In this document: in pieces, positions 10,475 through 19,856 of the stretch
How positions within the stretch are numbered: position 1 is the first letter of the stretch
How the letters are laid out: every line of letters starts with the position of its first letter
From: an uncultured Collinsella sp.
GTDB taxonomy: Bacteria; Actinomycetota; Coriobacteriia; Coriobacteriales; Coriobacteriaceae
Length of the DNA: 64,000 bases
Assembly (NCBI GenBank): GCA_902470925.1
Contig: CABRIF010000001.1
Location: 5,753-69,752 of the forward strand
Reading direction: 5' to 3'
Program-made: the position numbers and the translations under genes
The notes under the pieces: model-generated
The model's database searches: none
Told to the model about the DNA's origin: nothing
What the model saw: the letters and a program-made list of their open reading frames with translations, nothing else

Positions 10475-11410
10475 ATGATTCTCACCGTTACCATGAACCC
10501 TGCTATCGACACGGCCTATCACCTCGATCACCTGGTCATCGACGACGTGAACCGCGTGACGCCGAAAAAGACCGCAGGCGGCAAGGGGCTGAACGTGAGC
10601 CGCGTGCTCACCCAGCTGGGCGACGATGTGGTGGCAACCGGCCTGCTCGGCGGCCATATGGGCGCCTACATGGGCGAGCTCATGGACGCCGACGGCATCG
10701 CGCACGATTTTGCCCCCATCGCCGGCGAGACGCGCATCTGCCTGAACATCCTGCACGAGGGCAACCAGACCGAGCTGCTCGAGAGCGGCCCGGAGATCTC
10801 GGAGGCCGAGCTCGCCGCGTTCTCCGCGAAGTTCGCCGAGCTGGCTGCCAAGGCCAGCTGCATCACCATCTCGGGCTCGCTGCCCAAGGGCGTGCCTGCC
10901 GATTTCTATGCCGGCATGGTGGCCACGGCGTCCGAGCACAACGTTCCGGTGCTGCTCGACACCTCGGGCGCATCGCTGGACGCCGCGCTTGAGGCGGCGG
11001 TCAAGCCCACGCTGGTGAAGCCGAACCTCACCGAGATCAACGCGCTGCTGGGCACGTCCTATACGCCCGAGCAGGTGTCCGACCTCGCTGCGGCCCTCAA
11101 GGCCGACGCGCGTTTCGCCGGCATTCCGTGGGTCGTGGTGTCCATGGGCGCCGCCGGTTCCTTCGCCTTCCATGGCGATAAGATCTACCGTGCCGTCACC
11201 CCGCCGATCCCCGCGGTGAACGCTACGGGTTCGGGCGACTCGACCATCGCCGGTTTCGCGCACGCCATCGCTGCCGGCGCCGATGACGTGACCGTGCTCA
11301 AGACCGCCAATACCTGCGGCAAGCTCAACGCGATGGACCCGCAGACCGGGCATTTGGTCATCGAGCGTTGGGACGAGGTCTACAACGCGGTCGAGGTTAC
11401 CGAGCTGTAG
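10475..11410 (+). CDS. lacC: PfkB family hexose kinase, probably tagatose-6-phosphate kinase
   Basis: MILTVTMNPAID, AGGKGLNV, NATGSGDS; lies in the lacAB/aldolase cluster. Confidence 0.82.
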   Translation: MILTVTMNPAIDTAYHLDHLVIDDVNRVTPKKTAGGKGLNVSRVLTQLGDDVVATGLLGGHMGAYMGELMDADGIAHDFAPIAGETRICLNILHEGNQTELLESGPEISEAELAAFSAKFAELAAKASCITISGSLPKGVPADFYAGMVATASEHNVPVLLDTSGASLDAALEAAVKPTLVKPNLTEINALLGTSYTPEQVSDLAAALKADARFAGIPWVVVSMGAAGSFAFHGDKIYRAVTPPIPAVNATGSGDSTIAGFAHAIAAGADDVTVLKTANTCGKLNAMDPQTGHLVIERWDEVYNAVEVTEL

Positions 11411-11472
11411 CCGACGCTGAGCCCCGCTTGGCCCGCGAATAGCCGCTGGGATCAATCCGTTTCGCATCTCAT

Positions 11473-11509
11473 GCGCCCTGCCTTGTTGTCCAGCAAGGCA
11501 GGGCGCTTT
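11473..11509 (+). terminator. Intrinsic terminator-like hairpin after lacC
   Basis: gcgccctgccttg..caaggcagggcgc followed by ttt. Confidence 0.65.
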
Positions 11510-11646
11510 GCTGTTGGGGGCGGGGAGGTGAGAGACGCGCGCGTTCGGCAATCAGGCGGCGGCGCTCGCTCGGCTATCGACGCGCGGCCGCCCGCGGGTT
11601 TCATGCCGAAAGGCGTATGCGCCGAGAGACGAGCCGCGGCCCTGGG

Positions 11647-12453
11647 TTAGCGCCGCGCGAGGATGAGCTCGGGGCGCGTGATCCCATCCGGCAGCGCATC
11701 GAGGGCGTCCGCGAGGGCGCCCGTTTCGTCCTGGTCGACCACGAGGGTGTCAACGTCGGAGAGCTTGGCAAATGCGTAGGTGCCGCGAGCTGCGAGTTTG
11801 CTGGCGTCCATGAGGACAACCGAGCGATCGGCGCACTCGATGGCGGCGCTTTTGATCTCTGCCATCTGCGGGTAGTCCGTCATGAACCCGCGACGGGCAA
11901 CAAACGCGCCGGGGCAGATGACCGCCAGGTTGACGTGGAGGGTGCGTAGGGCACTCAGCGTGAGGGGGCCGTACAGGTAGCGATGCCCCTTGCGCAGCTC
12001 GCCGCCGAGCATAATGACATTGACCGTAGGCAGGCTTTCGTCGATGAAATCGGCGATGGTGATGTCGAAGGTGATGACCGTGATGCCCGACCGCACATCG
12101 AGCATGCGGACGAATTCGAGGGCCGTGGTGCCGGAGTCGACGAGGATGGTGTCGCCGTTGCGCACGAGCTTGACGGCTTCGCGCGCGATGGCCTGCTTGG
12201 CCTCGACGTTGACGTTGACGCGCTGGTCCTGCACGGAGACGGTCAACGTTTTGTGCAGCGAGACCGCGCCGCCGTGCGTGCGGCGGAGTTTGCCGGCGGC
12301 CGCCAGCGCATCGAGATCGCCTCGGGCCGTGACGCTCGACACGTCAAACGTGCGCGCGATGTCAGCCACCTGAATCGAGGCGCTCCGCTCCAGCATGTTC
12401 ATGATGGCGGCGCGCCGCTCCTCGGCAAAGGTGCGTGCAACTGAAGTCGGCAT
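11647..12453 (-). CDS. DeoR/GlpR family regulator (LacR-like)
   Basis: ERRAAIM..VSSVTARGDL..RTHGGA HTH; DSGTTA sugar-phosphate binding domain. Confidence 0.92.
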   Translation of the reverse strand: MPTSVARTFAEERRAAIMNMLERSASIQVADIARTFDVSSVTARGDLDALAAAGKLRRTHGGAVSLHKTLTVSVQDQRVNVNVEAKQAIAREAVKLVRNGDTILVDSGTTALEFVRMLDVRSGITVITFDITIADFIDESLPTVNVIMLGGELRKGHRYLYGPLTLSALRTLHVNLAVICPGAFVARRGFMTDYPQMAEIKSAAIECADRSVVLMDASKLAARGTYAFAKLSDVDTLVVDQDETGALADALDALPDGITRPELILARR

Positions 12454-13174
12454 GCTCGGTTCCGTTCGCTCAAACGTGTGCAAAATGTGGTGAAACCATT
12501 TTGCTCTATTTTCTTTTTAGCAAGGCAAACGAGTTTCTTTCTCTTGCGTATCCACACAAACGAAAGAGAGCGGCGCGTGAGACGCGGCAGGGAAGGCCGG
12601 AGGTGTGGTCTCGGGCCGGTCGATGGGTCCTATCTTTTTGGTCTTCCGAAGCGGATGGCGCTGAGCTTGAGAGGCACGGTTTTTTGGGGTGCACCGGGGC
12701 AGAGGATGGGCGAAACCAGGGATGGGATGCGGCCTCGGTGGATGTGTGCGTATCGTGCCGAGCATGCCCGAGCGCCAGCAGGGTGGCGCATTGGGACGGG
12801 GCAGCATGCAGCCTCGGTGGGCGCGATGCATGCCGTGTCGAGCATGTCCGAGCGCCAGCAGGGTGACACGTTGGGGTGTACTCGGAACGAACAGGCGGCG
12901 TAAGCCCTCCGGTGAGAAGATGGAGCGGTGGGCGATGCCCGCGGTGGCGCCCACGACGAGCTGCCGTTCCCTCGGGCGGTCCGTCCCGTATGCGGACATC
13001 ACCCAACCACTCGTAGAGCGGCAAGTAGGGCGGCAGACCAATCACGTTGACGGCGCACGCCGCCACGCGCGCGAATACCGGCAGCAGCTGAGCGAGCGCA
13101 TGGGAATCCCTCCAACCCTCCTGTTGAAACTTGGAGGGCGCCGTCTGATCGCTGGGTGCCGGATACACGGGGCC

Positions 13175-13203
13175 TTGCAGAAAAAGAACGTATGTTCTAT
13201 ACT
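13175..13203 (+). promoter_or_regulatory. Sigma70-type promoter with a GAAC-N4-GTTC (LexA-like) box in the spacer
   Basis: TTGCAG-17 bp-TATACT; spacer contains GAACGTATGTTC (13186-13197). Confidence 0.6.
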
Positions 13204-13256
13204 TTAGTTTCGTTTTGTTGTCTGATTGGATGAGTGTAAACGTGCACGCCGGATAG

Positions 13257-13277
13257 TGGTTTCGTACAATGAAACCA
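13257..13277. promoter_or_regulatory. Palindromic operator overlapping a TACAAT -10 element
   Basis: TGGTTTC-gtacaat-GAAACCA upstream of the aldolase. Confidence 0.55.
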
Positions 13278-13347
13278 GCAAGTACGCCGGTGTGTGCCGG
13301 CGAAGCCAAGGGCCGCCGCAGGCGGTGCAGGAAGGGAGCGATCGCTC

Positions 13348-14196
13348 ATGCTCGTTACCACCAAGGAGATGCTGCTCGACGCGCAGAAGAACCACTACGC
13401 CGTGGGTGCGTTCAACGTCGAGAACCTCGAGTTCGTCATGGCCGTGCTGGCCGCCGCCGAGGAGACCAAGTCCCCCGTCATCATGCAGACGACCTCCGGC
13501 ACCATCAAGAAGACCGGCCTGGATTACTTCTACGGCATGGTCAAGGCTGCCGCCGAGCGCGCGAGCGTGCCCGTGGCCCTGCACCTCGATCACGGCGATG
13601 GCTACGATCGCTGCATGAAGGCCCTGCGCACCGGCTACACCTCCGTCATGATCGACGGGTCCCACGAGACCTTCGAGGACAACATCGCCCTCACCAAGCT
13701 GGTTGCCGATGCGGGCGCCGCGATGGGCATTCCGGTTGAGGCCGAGCTCGGCAAGGTTGGCGGCAAGGAGGACGACGTCGAGGTCGAGGGCGAGAGCCCC
13801 TACACCGACCCGGCGGAGGCCAAGGAGTTCGTCGAGCGCACCGGCTGCACCAGCCTTGCCATCGGCGTGGGCACCTCCCACGGCGTGTACACCTCCGATC
13901 CGCACATCGAGCAGGACGTTGTAAAGGCCATTCGCGATGCTGTGGACGTGCCGCTGGTGCTGCATGGCACCTCCGGTGTGCCGGATGAGCAGGTGGCCGA
14001 GGCCGTGAAGAACGGCATCTGCAAGGTTAACTACGCTACCGAGCTGCGTCAGGCCTACACCAAGGGTTACATGGCCTACATGGCTGAGAACCCCAACAAC
14101 TTCGATCCCAAGAACCCGGGCAAGGCGGGCGCCGAGGAGATCACCAAGATCGTGAAGATCCGCATGGAGAACCTCGGTTCCGTGGGCCGCGCGTAA
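13348..14196 (+). CDS. Class II ketose-bisphosphate aldolase (tagatose/fructose-1,6-bisphosphate)
   Basis: YAVGAFN, LHLDHG, SVMIDGS, EAELG, GTSHG, LVLHG, KVNYAT motifs. Confidence 0.93.
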   Translation: MLVTTKEMLLDAQKNHYAVGAFNVENLEFVMAVLAAAEETKSPVIMQTTSGTIKKTGLDYFYGMVKAAAERASVPVALHLDHGDGYDRCMKALRTGYTSVMIDGSHETFEDNIALTKLVADAGAAMGIPVEAELGKVGGKEDDVEVEGESPYTDPAEAKEFVERTGCTSLAIGVGTSHGVYTSDPHIEQDVVKAIRDAVDVPLVLHGTSGVPDEQVAEAVKNGICKVNYATELRQAYTKGYMAYMAENPNNFDPKNPGKAGAEEITKIVKIRMENLGSVGRA

Positions 14197-15061
14197 GGGC
14201 TTTGCACAGGTTGCGAGCGGGTTGCGTGGCTGTGGCTGTGCGGCGAGCTGCGTGCTGTAGTGAGTTGCGTGTCTGCACTGCGGTACCTACGATTATGCGG
14301 ACGCTGCGGGCAGAGCGCGCTTGCGCGGACGCGGCGGGCTGCGTGCGGTCGTGTGCTTGCGCGTGGCTGTGCGCTGCGGCGTTGTAGCGAACGCGGCGGC
14401 GATACAGTCTTGATTCGCTCTGTTTTTGGCGGTGCCGGCATGTGCTGGCACCGCTTTTTGTGTGTTGTGAGCAGCGAGCCTGCACCCGGCGTGGGCTTCG
14501 CGATGGGCTTCGAGCGGGCCGTGCTGGCGCCGGAGGGGCTCGGCGAATCGATAGCTTGGGGCAAAGCAGGGCGCTGAGTGTGTTGCGATTGACGGGCTAT
14601 GAGACCGTATCCGGCTGAGGCCTCGCTACCGTTGTGCGCACGGCTGGCGGTTTACGGGCCACTGCCGCGCCTGCCACTATTACGCCATTGCTGAAAGCTA
14701 TTCTCATCGTTATCGGTTGGAGTTGGCTAATCGTTGCGGGGGAGAGGTATTGGCCAGACAACCCAGCGCTGGCTGCATCAAAGCACTCAAGCGAGACTGT
14801 TCTAAACCCGAGACAAGTTTAGAGGGCGATCAAGGAGCTGCGCGAAGAGGGGCAATTATCGCGTGCATGCTGATAAAACGGGATATGGCGAATACTACAA
14901 CATCACATGGCGTAGTAAATGTCGCAGTACATTTTGCAGCAATTGGGATGAGCTCAAACTGGGGTGATAGGCATACCGCTTATGCGGCGCGCGAAGTAGC
15001 GTAGTCGCGTTGATAGTGCGTTTGTAAATAGCACATTCTGATCAGGGGGCAGAATACGAGC

Positions 15062-15835
15062 CTACTCCACGCATGTGATCTGTTGGACACCGGCTTCACG
15101 GAGCATCTCGATGTTTTCGGCTGTGATGCCGGTGTCAGTGATGAGGAGGCTGACCTGGTCGAGCGACGCATAGGAAAAGCCTGCTGCAATACCCAATTTA
15201 CTTGAATCGGCGAGCAGCACCATTCGTTCGGCGCGCTTAACCATCAGCGAGTTGACGACTGCTTCTTGTTGCGTGGTGGACGTGACGCCCGCCGCGGTCG
15301 AAATGCCCGCGCAGCCAACGATGCACAGCGTCGCTGCGACGCCTCGAATATTAGCAAGGGCAAACTCGCCAGACAGGACACCACGTGGCGGGCGAATCTC
15401 GCCGCCGGTGACAAGGATCATCCCGCTTGGCGGTACCGGCAAGCTTTGAATGTTCAGGCTGTTGCTCACCACGGTCACGCCTTGAGCCGTGATATGGGGA
15501 ACGCTCATGAGCGCCGTGGAACTCGTGTTGACAAGAAGCAGGTCGTGATCGTGCACGAGTTGAGCGGCGGCGCGTGCGATGGCATCTTTCTTCGCTTCAA
15601 ATGGCGAGGGGTCGCCTGTACTCTCGAGTGCGTTATCCGCGAGTATCGCCTCTCCGTAGCGCCGATGCAGTACTCCCCGTTCTTCAAGATGGCTGAGGTC
15701 GCGGCGTACGGTAAGAGGGGAGATGCCCAATCGCTCAGAAAGGTCGGCAACGCTCATGCGACCTGTCTCTTGCAGCATATCTAGGATGGTTTGACGCCGT
15801 TGTGTAACGAACGCTCTGCTTTTCTTTTCCGCCAT
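15062..15835 (-). CDS. DeoR family regulator of the ascorbate-type operon (UlaR-like)
   Basis: RRQTIL..SPLTVRRDL..RRYGEA HTH; divergent from the PTS genes. Confidence 0.9.
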   Translation of the reverse strand: MAEKKSRAFVTQRRQTILDMLQETGRMSVADLSERLGISPLTVRRDLSHLEERGVLHRRYGEAILADNALESTGDPSPFEAKKDAIARAAAQLVHDHDLLLVNTSSTALMSVPHITAQGVTVVSNSLNIQSLPVPPSGMILVTGGEIRPPRGVLSGEFALANIRGVAATLCIVGCAGISTAAGVTSTTQQEAVVNSLMVKRAERMVLLADSSKLGIAAGFSYASLDQVSLLITDTGITAENIEMLREAGVQQITCVE

Positions 15836-15957
15836 GGTCCTACCGATCTGCCCGTGCGTTGCCCTATCGTCTTGCGCGTGCCATTTCTGATGAACACTGT
15901 GAACATTGTAATCGGTTCTGCGTGGGCGATCAGGTGGATTCGGCGCAGCAATAGAAT

Positions 15958-16201
15958 ATGAACTTTCTGAACGTTTAATTCCGGTACAGCTTCTCTGTCT
16001 ATTATTGCAGAACGCCGCACGGTGCATCCTCGCGCAGTCTCTACGCTGCTCTCTTATTGCGATACCAGAGCATTAAGAATGTCAGCCTTCTTGCGTGTTT
16101 TCAGTTTCTGAACGTTTTTGAGACCGTTTGCCGCCAAAAATCGACCGTTTAGCCCATTAGATGACATTTAAAATGACTTTTCTGAACGATTGGCGTATAA
16201 C
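15958..16201. promoter_or_regulatory. Three TTTCTGAACG direct repeats (candidate operators) and operon promoter
   Basis: Copies at 15964, 16105, 16179; the last lies between ATGACT (16173) and TATAAC (16196), 17 bp apart. Confidence 0.65.
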
Positions 16202-16279
16202 TGAATCAGCATCGGTCGGGATTCGCCATCCCTTACCGGTGCGGATCATTCGCATCGACCAAGGAGTCAGGAGGGGCGG

Positions 16280-16762
16280 ATGCTGCTGAGGGAAATCTAC
16301 GAGAAAGATCATTGCGCCTTTACGGAAGGGCCACTCAGTTGGCGCGATGCGGTGCGCGCTTGCTGTGTCCCGTTGGAGGCCGACGGTACCGTTGATGCGG
16401 TCTATGCCGACGAGATCATCGCCTGTGTAGAAAAGCATGGTCCGTATATCGTGCTTATGCCGGGCGTCGCTATGCCGCACTCAACTGAGAACGCGAAGGG
16501 ATGCAATGCCACTGCAATCGGCTTCATGCACTGCGACACGCCGGTACCGTTCGACTCCGACGAGGAAGGTAAGTACGCACAGGTGTTCTTCACCCTGTGC
16601 GACACCAATCCCGATGAGCATTTCGCTAATATGCGGCGACTCTATGCCGTTCTCACCAACGAAGAGGTTGTGAATCGCCTCATCAACGCCACAAGTCCCG
16701 AGGAGCTGCTCGAAATCGACGCGTTGGTAGACGAGGGCGCATTCGCTGAAAGCCAGTCATAG
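16280..16762 (+). CDS. ulaC: PTS EIIA, ascorbate type
   Basis: GPYIVLMPGVAMPH phospho-His motif. Confidence 0.85.
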   Translation: MLLREIYEKDHCAFTEGPLSWRDAVRACCVPLEADGTVDAVYADEIIACVEKHGPYIVLMPGVAMPHSTENAKGCNATAIGFMHCDTPVPFDSDEEGKYAQVFFTLCDTNPDEHFANMRRLYAVLTNEEVVNRLINATSPEELLEIDALVDEGAFAESQS

Positions 16763-16817
16763 GTCCTGCGTGGCAGCCCAGTCGTGCTGTCAGCCCATTT
16801 CGTAAGAAAGGACATCC

Positions 16818-18347
16818 ATGGATATCGTAATGAGTGTTTGGACATGGTTCGCGAACAATATCCTGACCCAACCCGCCTACTTCATCGGTCTAATCGTTGT
16901 CATCGGCTATGCGCTGCTGCGAAAGCCGTGGTATGAGATTCTCGCTGGCTTTATTAAAGCAGTCATTGGATATCAGATCCTCGCCGTTGGTTCGGGCGGA
17001 CTGGTCAACGCGTTCCGTCCCATTCTTGTGGGCCTGCAGGAGCGTTTCAATCTACACGCCATGGTCATCGATCCGTATTTCGGGCAGAACGCTGTCCAGG
17101 CCGCTATGGGGGATACGGCTGCCGGTGCGCTGCCGTTCATCTCGGGAAAGTCGTTCTCGCTCGTTATGTTCTTGCTGTTGTTTGCCTTTATCCTGAACAT
17201 CGTGCTCGTGGCGCTCAGGAAGTACACCAAGTGCCGCGCTCTGTTCACTACCGGCCACGTGCAGGTGCAGCAGGCGTCTACGGCATTCTTCCTCATCCTA
17301 TTCTGTTTTCCGTGGCTCAAAGATGCCGATTGGGCGGTGCTCGCCATCATGACGGTGCTGCTCGGTCTTTATTGGGCGGTCGGTTCCAACCTCTGCATCG
17401 GGCCCACCCAGGAACTGACCGACGGCGCCGGCCTCACCATTGCCCATCAGCAGATGTTCGGCGTATACGTATCTTCGCGTATCGCTGGCTGGATGAATGC
17501 ACATTCCCGGAAGAAATCCAAGAACGTCGACGACATCAAGCTGCCTGGCTTCCTTAAGATCTTCAACGAGAACCTCGTGGCAACGGCTATCCTCATGACG
17601 CTGTTTTTCAGCATCATTCTTGTCATTTTGGGGCGCGACTTCCTGGTTGCGGGCGGCTTCATGACTGAGGCACAGGATTTTGTGATGTATATCATCACCA
17701 CCTCGTTCTCGTTTGCCGTCTATTTGTCGGTTCTACAGCTCGGTGTTCGCACCTTCGTGACGGAGCTCACCAACTCGTTCCAGGGTATTTCTCAAAAGCT
17801 TCTCAAGGGTTCCGTTCCTGGTGTGGATTGCGCTGTTACCTATGGCTTCGGTGCCCCGAACGCCGTGACCATTGGCTTTTTGTTCGGTGCTCTTGGGCAG
17901 TTTTTGGCCATCGGTCTGCTTATCGCGCTGGGCAGTCCCGTGATCGTTATGGCGGGTTTTGTGCCGCTGTTCTTTGACAACGCCACCATTGGCGTATACG
18001 CCAACAGCAAGGGCGGCCTGCGTGCCTGCATGGTGCTGCCGTTCATCTCGGGCCTGCTGCAGGTCTTTGGCTCCGCGCTCATCGCCGGCTGGGTTGGCAT
18101 GGCGGCTTACGGCGGTTATCTGGGCATGTGGGATTGGGCGGTGGTCTGGCCGATCATGACCGGGCTCATGAAGTTCCTGTCGTACGCAGGTCTGGCCATC
18201 GCGGTTCTTGCGCTCGTTGCCATCCCGCAGCTTCAGTTCCGCGCCAACAAGGAGACCTACTTCATGGAGGTAGAGGACTGGGAGCAGTGCAAGAAGATTC
18301 GCGCCGAGAAAGCTGCAGCCAAGCAGGCTGTCCAGTCCGGAAAGTAG
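16818..18347 (+). CDS. ulaA: PTS EIIC, ascorbate (SgaT/UlaA) family
   Basis: LFTTGH, AHQQM, GVRTFVTEL..SFQGIS.KL, DCA, FVPLFFDNA motifs. Confidence 0.92.
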   Translation: MDIVMSVWTWFANNILTQPAYFIGLIVVIGYALLRKPWYEILAGFIKAVIGYQILAVGSGGLVNAFRPILVGLQERFNLHAMVIDPYFGQNAVQAAMGDTAAGALPFISGKSFSLVMFLLLFAFILNIVLVALRKYTKCRALFTTGHVQVQQASTAFFLILFCFPWLKDADWAVLAIMTVLLGLYWAVGSNLCIGPTQELTDGAGLTIAHQQMFGVYVSSRIAGWMNAHSRKKSKNVDDIKLPGFLKIFNENLVATAILMTLFFSIILVILGRDFLVAGGFMTEAQDFVMYIITTSFSFAVYLSVLQLGVRTFVTELTNSFQGISQKLLKGSVPGVDCAVTYGFGAPNAVTIGFLFGALGQFLAIGLLIALGSPVIVMAGFVPLFFDNATIGVYANSKGGLRACMVLPFISGLLQVFGSALIAGWVGMAAYGGYLGMWDWAVVWPIMTGLMKFLSYAGLAIAVLALVAIPQLQFRANKETYFMEVEDWEQCKKIRAEKAAAKQAVQSGK

Positions 18348-18434
18348 CGTCTAGACGGACCTTGCTCTTCTCGTATCACATGTAAGCTGCCGGTGTGCAC
18401 ATCCCGTCCCGGCCTAACAGAACTGGAGACTCAC

Positions 18435-18743
18435 ATGAACGCCAAGATCCTCGTCGCCTGCGCAAACGGTGCTGGCACCTCCCTGATGATGAAGATGACC
18501 GCCGAGCGTGTCACCAAGAAACTCGGCATGGGCGTCGCCGAGATCCACCACTGCGCCCTGTCCGAGGGTGTTTCCTCTGCGCGTCAGTACGACATCGTCT
18601 TTGCCCCGCTCAACTTCAAGAACATGTATGACGACGCCGAGAAGGCGGGCGTGACGGTCATCGGCCTGCGCAACGTCCTTTCCGACAAGGAAATGGAGGA
18701 AGCCCTCGTCAGCACTGGTGTCGCTGAGAAGTACCAGGCGTAA
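18435..18743 (+). CDS. ulaB: PTS EIIB, ascorbate/lactose type
   Basis: ILVACANGAGTSLMMK phospho-Cys loop. Confidence 0.88.
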   Translation: MNAKILVACANGAGTSLMMKMTAERVTKKLGMGVAEIHHCALSEGVSSARQYDIVFAPLNFKNMYDDAEKAGVTVIGLRNVLSDKEMEEALVSTGVAEKYQA

Positions 18744-18755
18744 GGGGCGGCTGAG

Positions 18756-19805
18756 ATGCGCTACTCCAAGAAGGCCATTGCGAGCATGCCCAAGGCGTAC
18801 GCCATCGGCACCTTCGACGGTGCGGACGCTCGCAGCTTTGTCGTGGGCGTGGAGAAGGACGGGCCCATCCGCCGCTTTGCGCTCGACGGCGCCCCGATGG
18901 AGACCGTGACCGAGGGACCCGGCGGTGTCATGACCATCGTCCAGGTGCCTGGCCGTGACGACGTGCTCCTGGCCACCAGCGAGTTCTTCTCGCCCAACTA
19001 TGGGGCGGACACTGCCGGCATCGTGGCCTACGCGCGCTCCGAGGACGGCACTTGGAGTTCCAAGCGCCTCTGCGACCTGCCGTACGTGCACCGCTTTGGC
19101 CTGCTCACAGGTGCTGATGGACGGCTGTGGATCATCGCCTGCACCATCAAGGGCGCCTGCCGCGAGGTCAAGAACGACTGGCTGACCCCCGGTGCGGTCT
19201 GGGCGGCACCGTTCGACGACGCTCTCGACGAGCCCGGCGCGAAGCCCCTCGAACTCACGGAGCTCTCCGGTTGCCAGCTGCAGAACCACGGCTTCTGGTG
19301 TGCACCCGACCACGGCAGCGTCCTCATTTCCACTGCGGCCGGCGTCTTTCGCTACGTTCCGCCGGCGGCCGCGGGCGAGGCCTGGCAGGTGAGCTGCCTT
19401 ATCGTGCAGCCAACAAGCGACATCTGCGTGGCGGACTTCGACGGCGACGGTTGCGACGAGATTCTCACCCTCTCGGCCTTCCATGGGGACACCCTCAGCG
19501 TTTGGCACGAGACCGACGTGGCGGACACCTACGAATGCGTCTGGACGGATCCCGAGAAGCATGAATTCCTGCATGCCGTCTGGAGCGGCAAACTCCTCGG
19601 CGAGTCGTGCGCCGTGGTGGGCAACCGCAAGGGTGGGCGCGAGCTGCTGCGCGTATTCTTTTCCGCCGGCACCTATCGCCTGGAGGTTATCGACCATGAT
19701 CGCGGCCCGGCCAACTGCTTGGTCATCGAGGACGGTGGCGTCGCGCGCATCATCGCGGCCAACCGTGAGACCGACGAGGTTGCTCTCTATGACGTGACTG
19801 CGTAG
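18756..19805 (+). CDS. Cytoplasmic beta-propeller-like protein with an FG-GAP/VCBS-type motif
   Basis: Beta-rich repeats, ADFDGDGCDEI motif, several His residues, no signal peptide. Confidence 0.7.
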   Translation: MRYSKKAIASMPKAYAIGTFDGADARSFVVGVEKDGPIRRFALDGAPMETVTEGPGGVMTIVQVPGRDDVLLATSEFFSPNYGADTAGIVAYARSEDGTWSSKRLCDLPYVHRFGLLTGADGRLWIIACTIKGACREVKNDWLTPGAVWAAPFDDALDEPGAKPLELTELSGCQLQNHGFWCAPDHGSVLISTAAGVFRYVPPAAAGEAWQVSCLIVQPTSDICVADFDGDGCDEILTLSAFHGDTLSVWHETDVADTYECVWTDPEKHEFLHAVWSGKLLGESCAVVGNRKGGRELLRVFFSAGTYRLEVIDHDRGPANCLVIEDGGVARIIAANRETDEVALYDVTA

Positions 19806-19856
19806 GACGAACAGGGACGGCAACGTTTACACATTGAACAAGAAGGAGGACTTATC

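Noticed and set aside
12506..13309. ORFs between DeoR and the aldolase
   Set aside because: No convincing start or family motif; at most a decayed fragment.
14570..15060. Lower-GC spacer as IS remnant or small gene
   Set aside because: Only a short CTAAAC/GTTTAG palindrome; no transposase motif or credible ORF.
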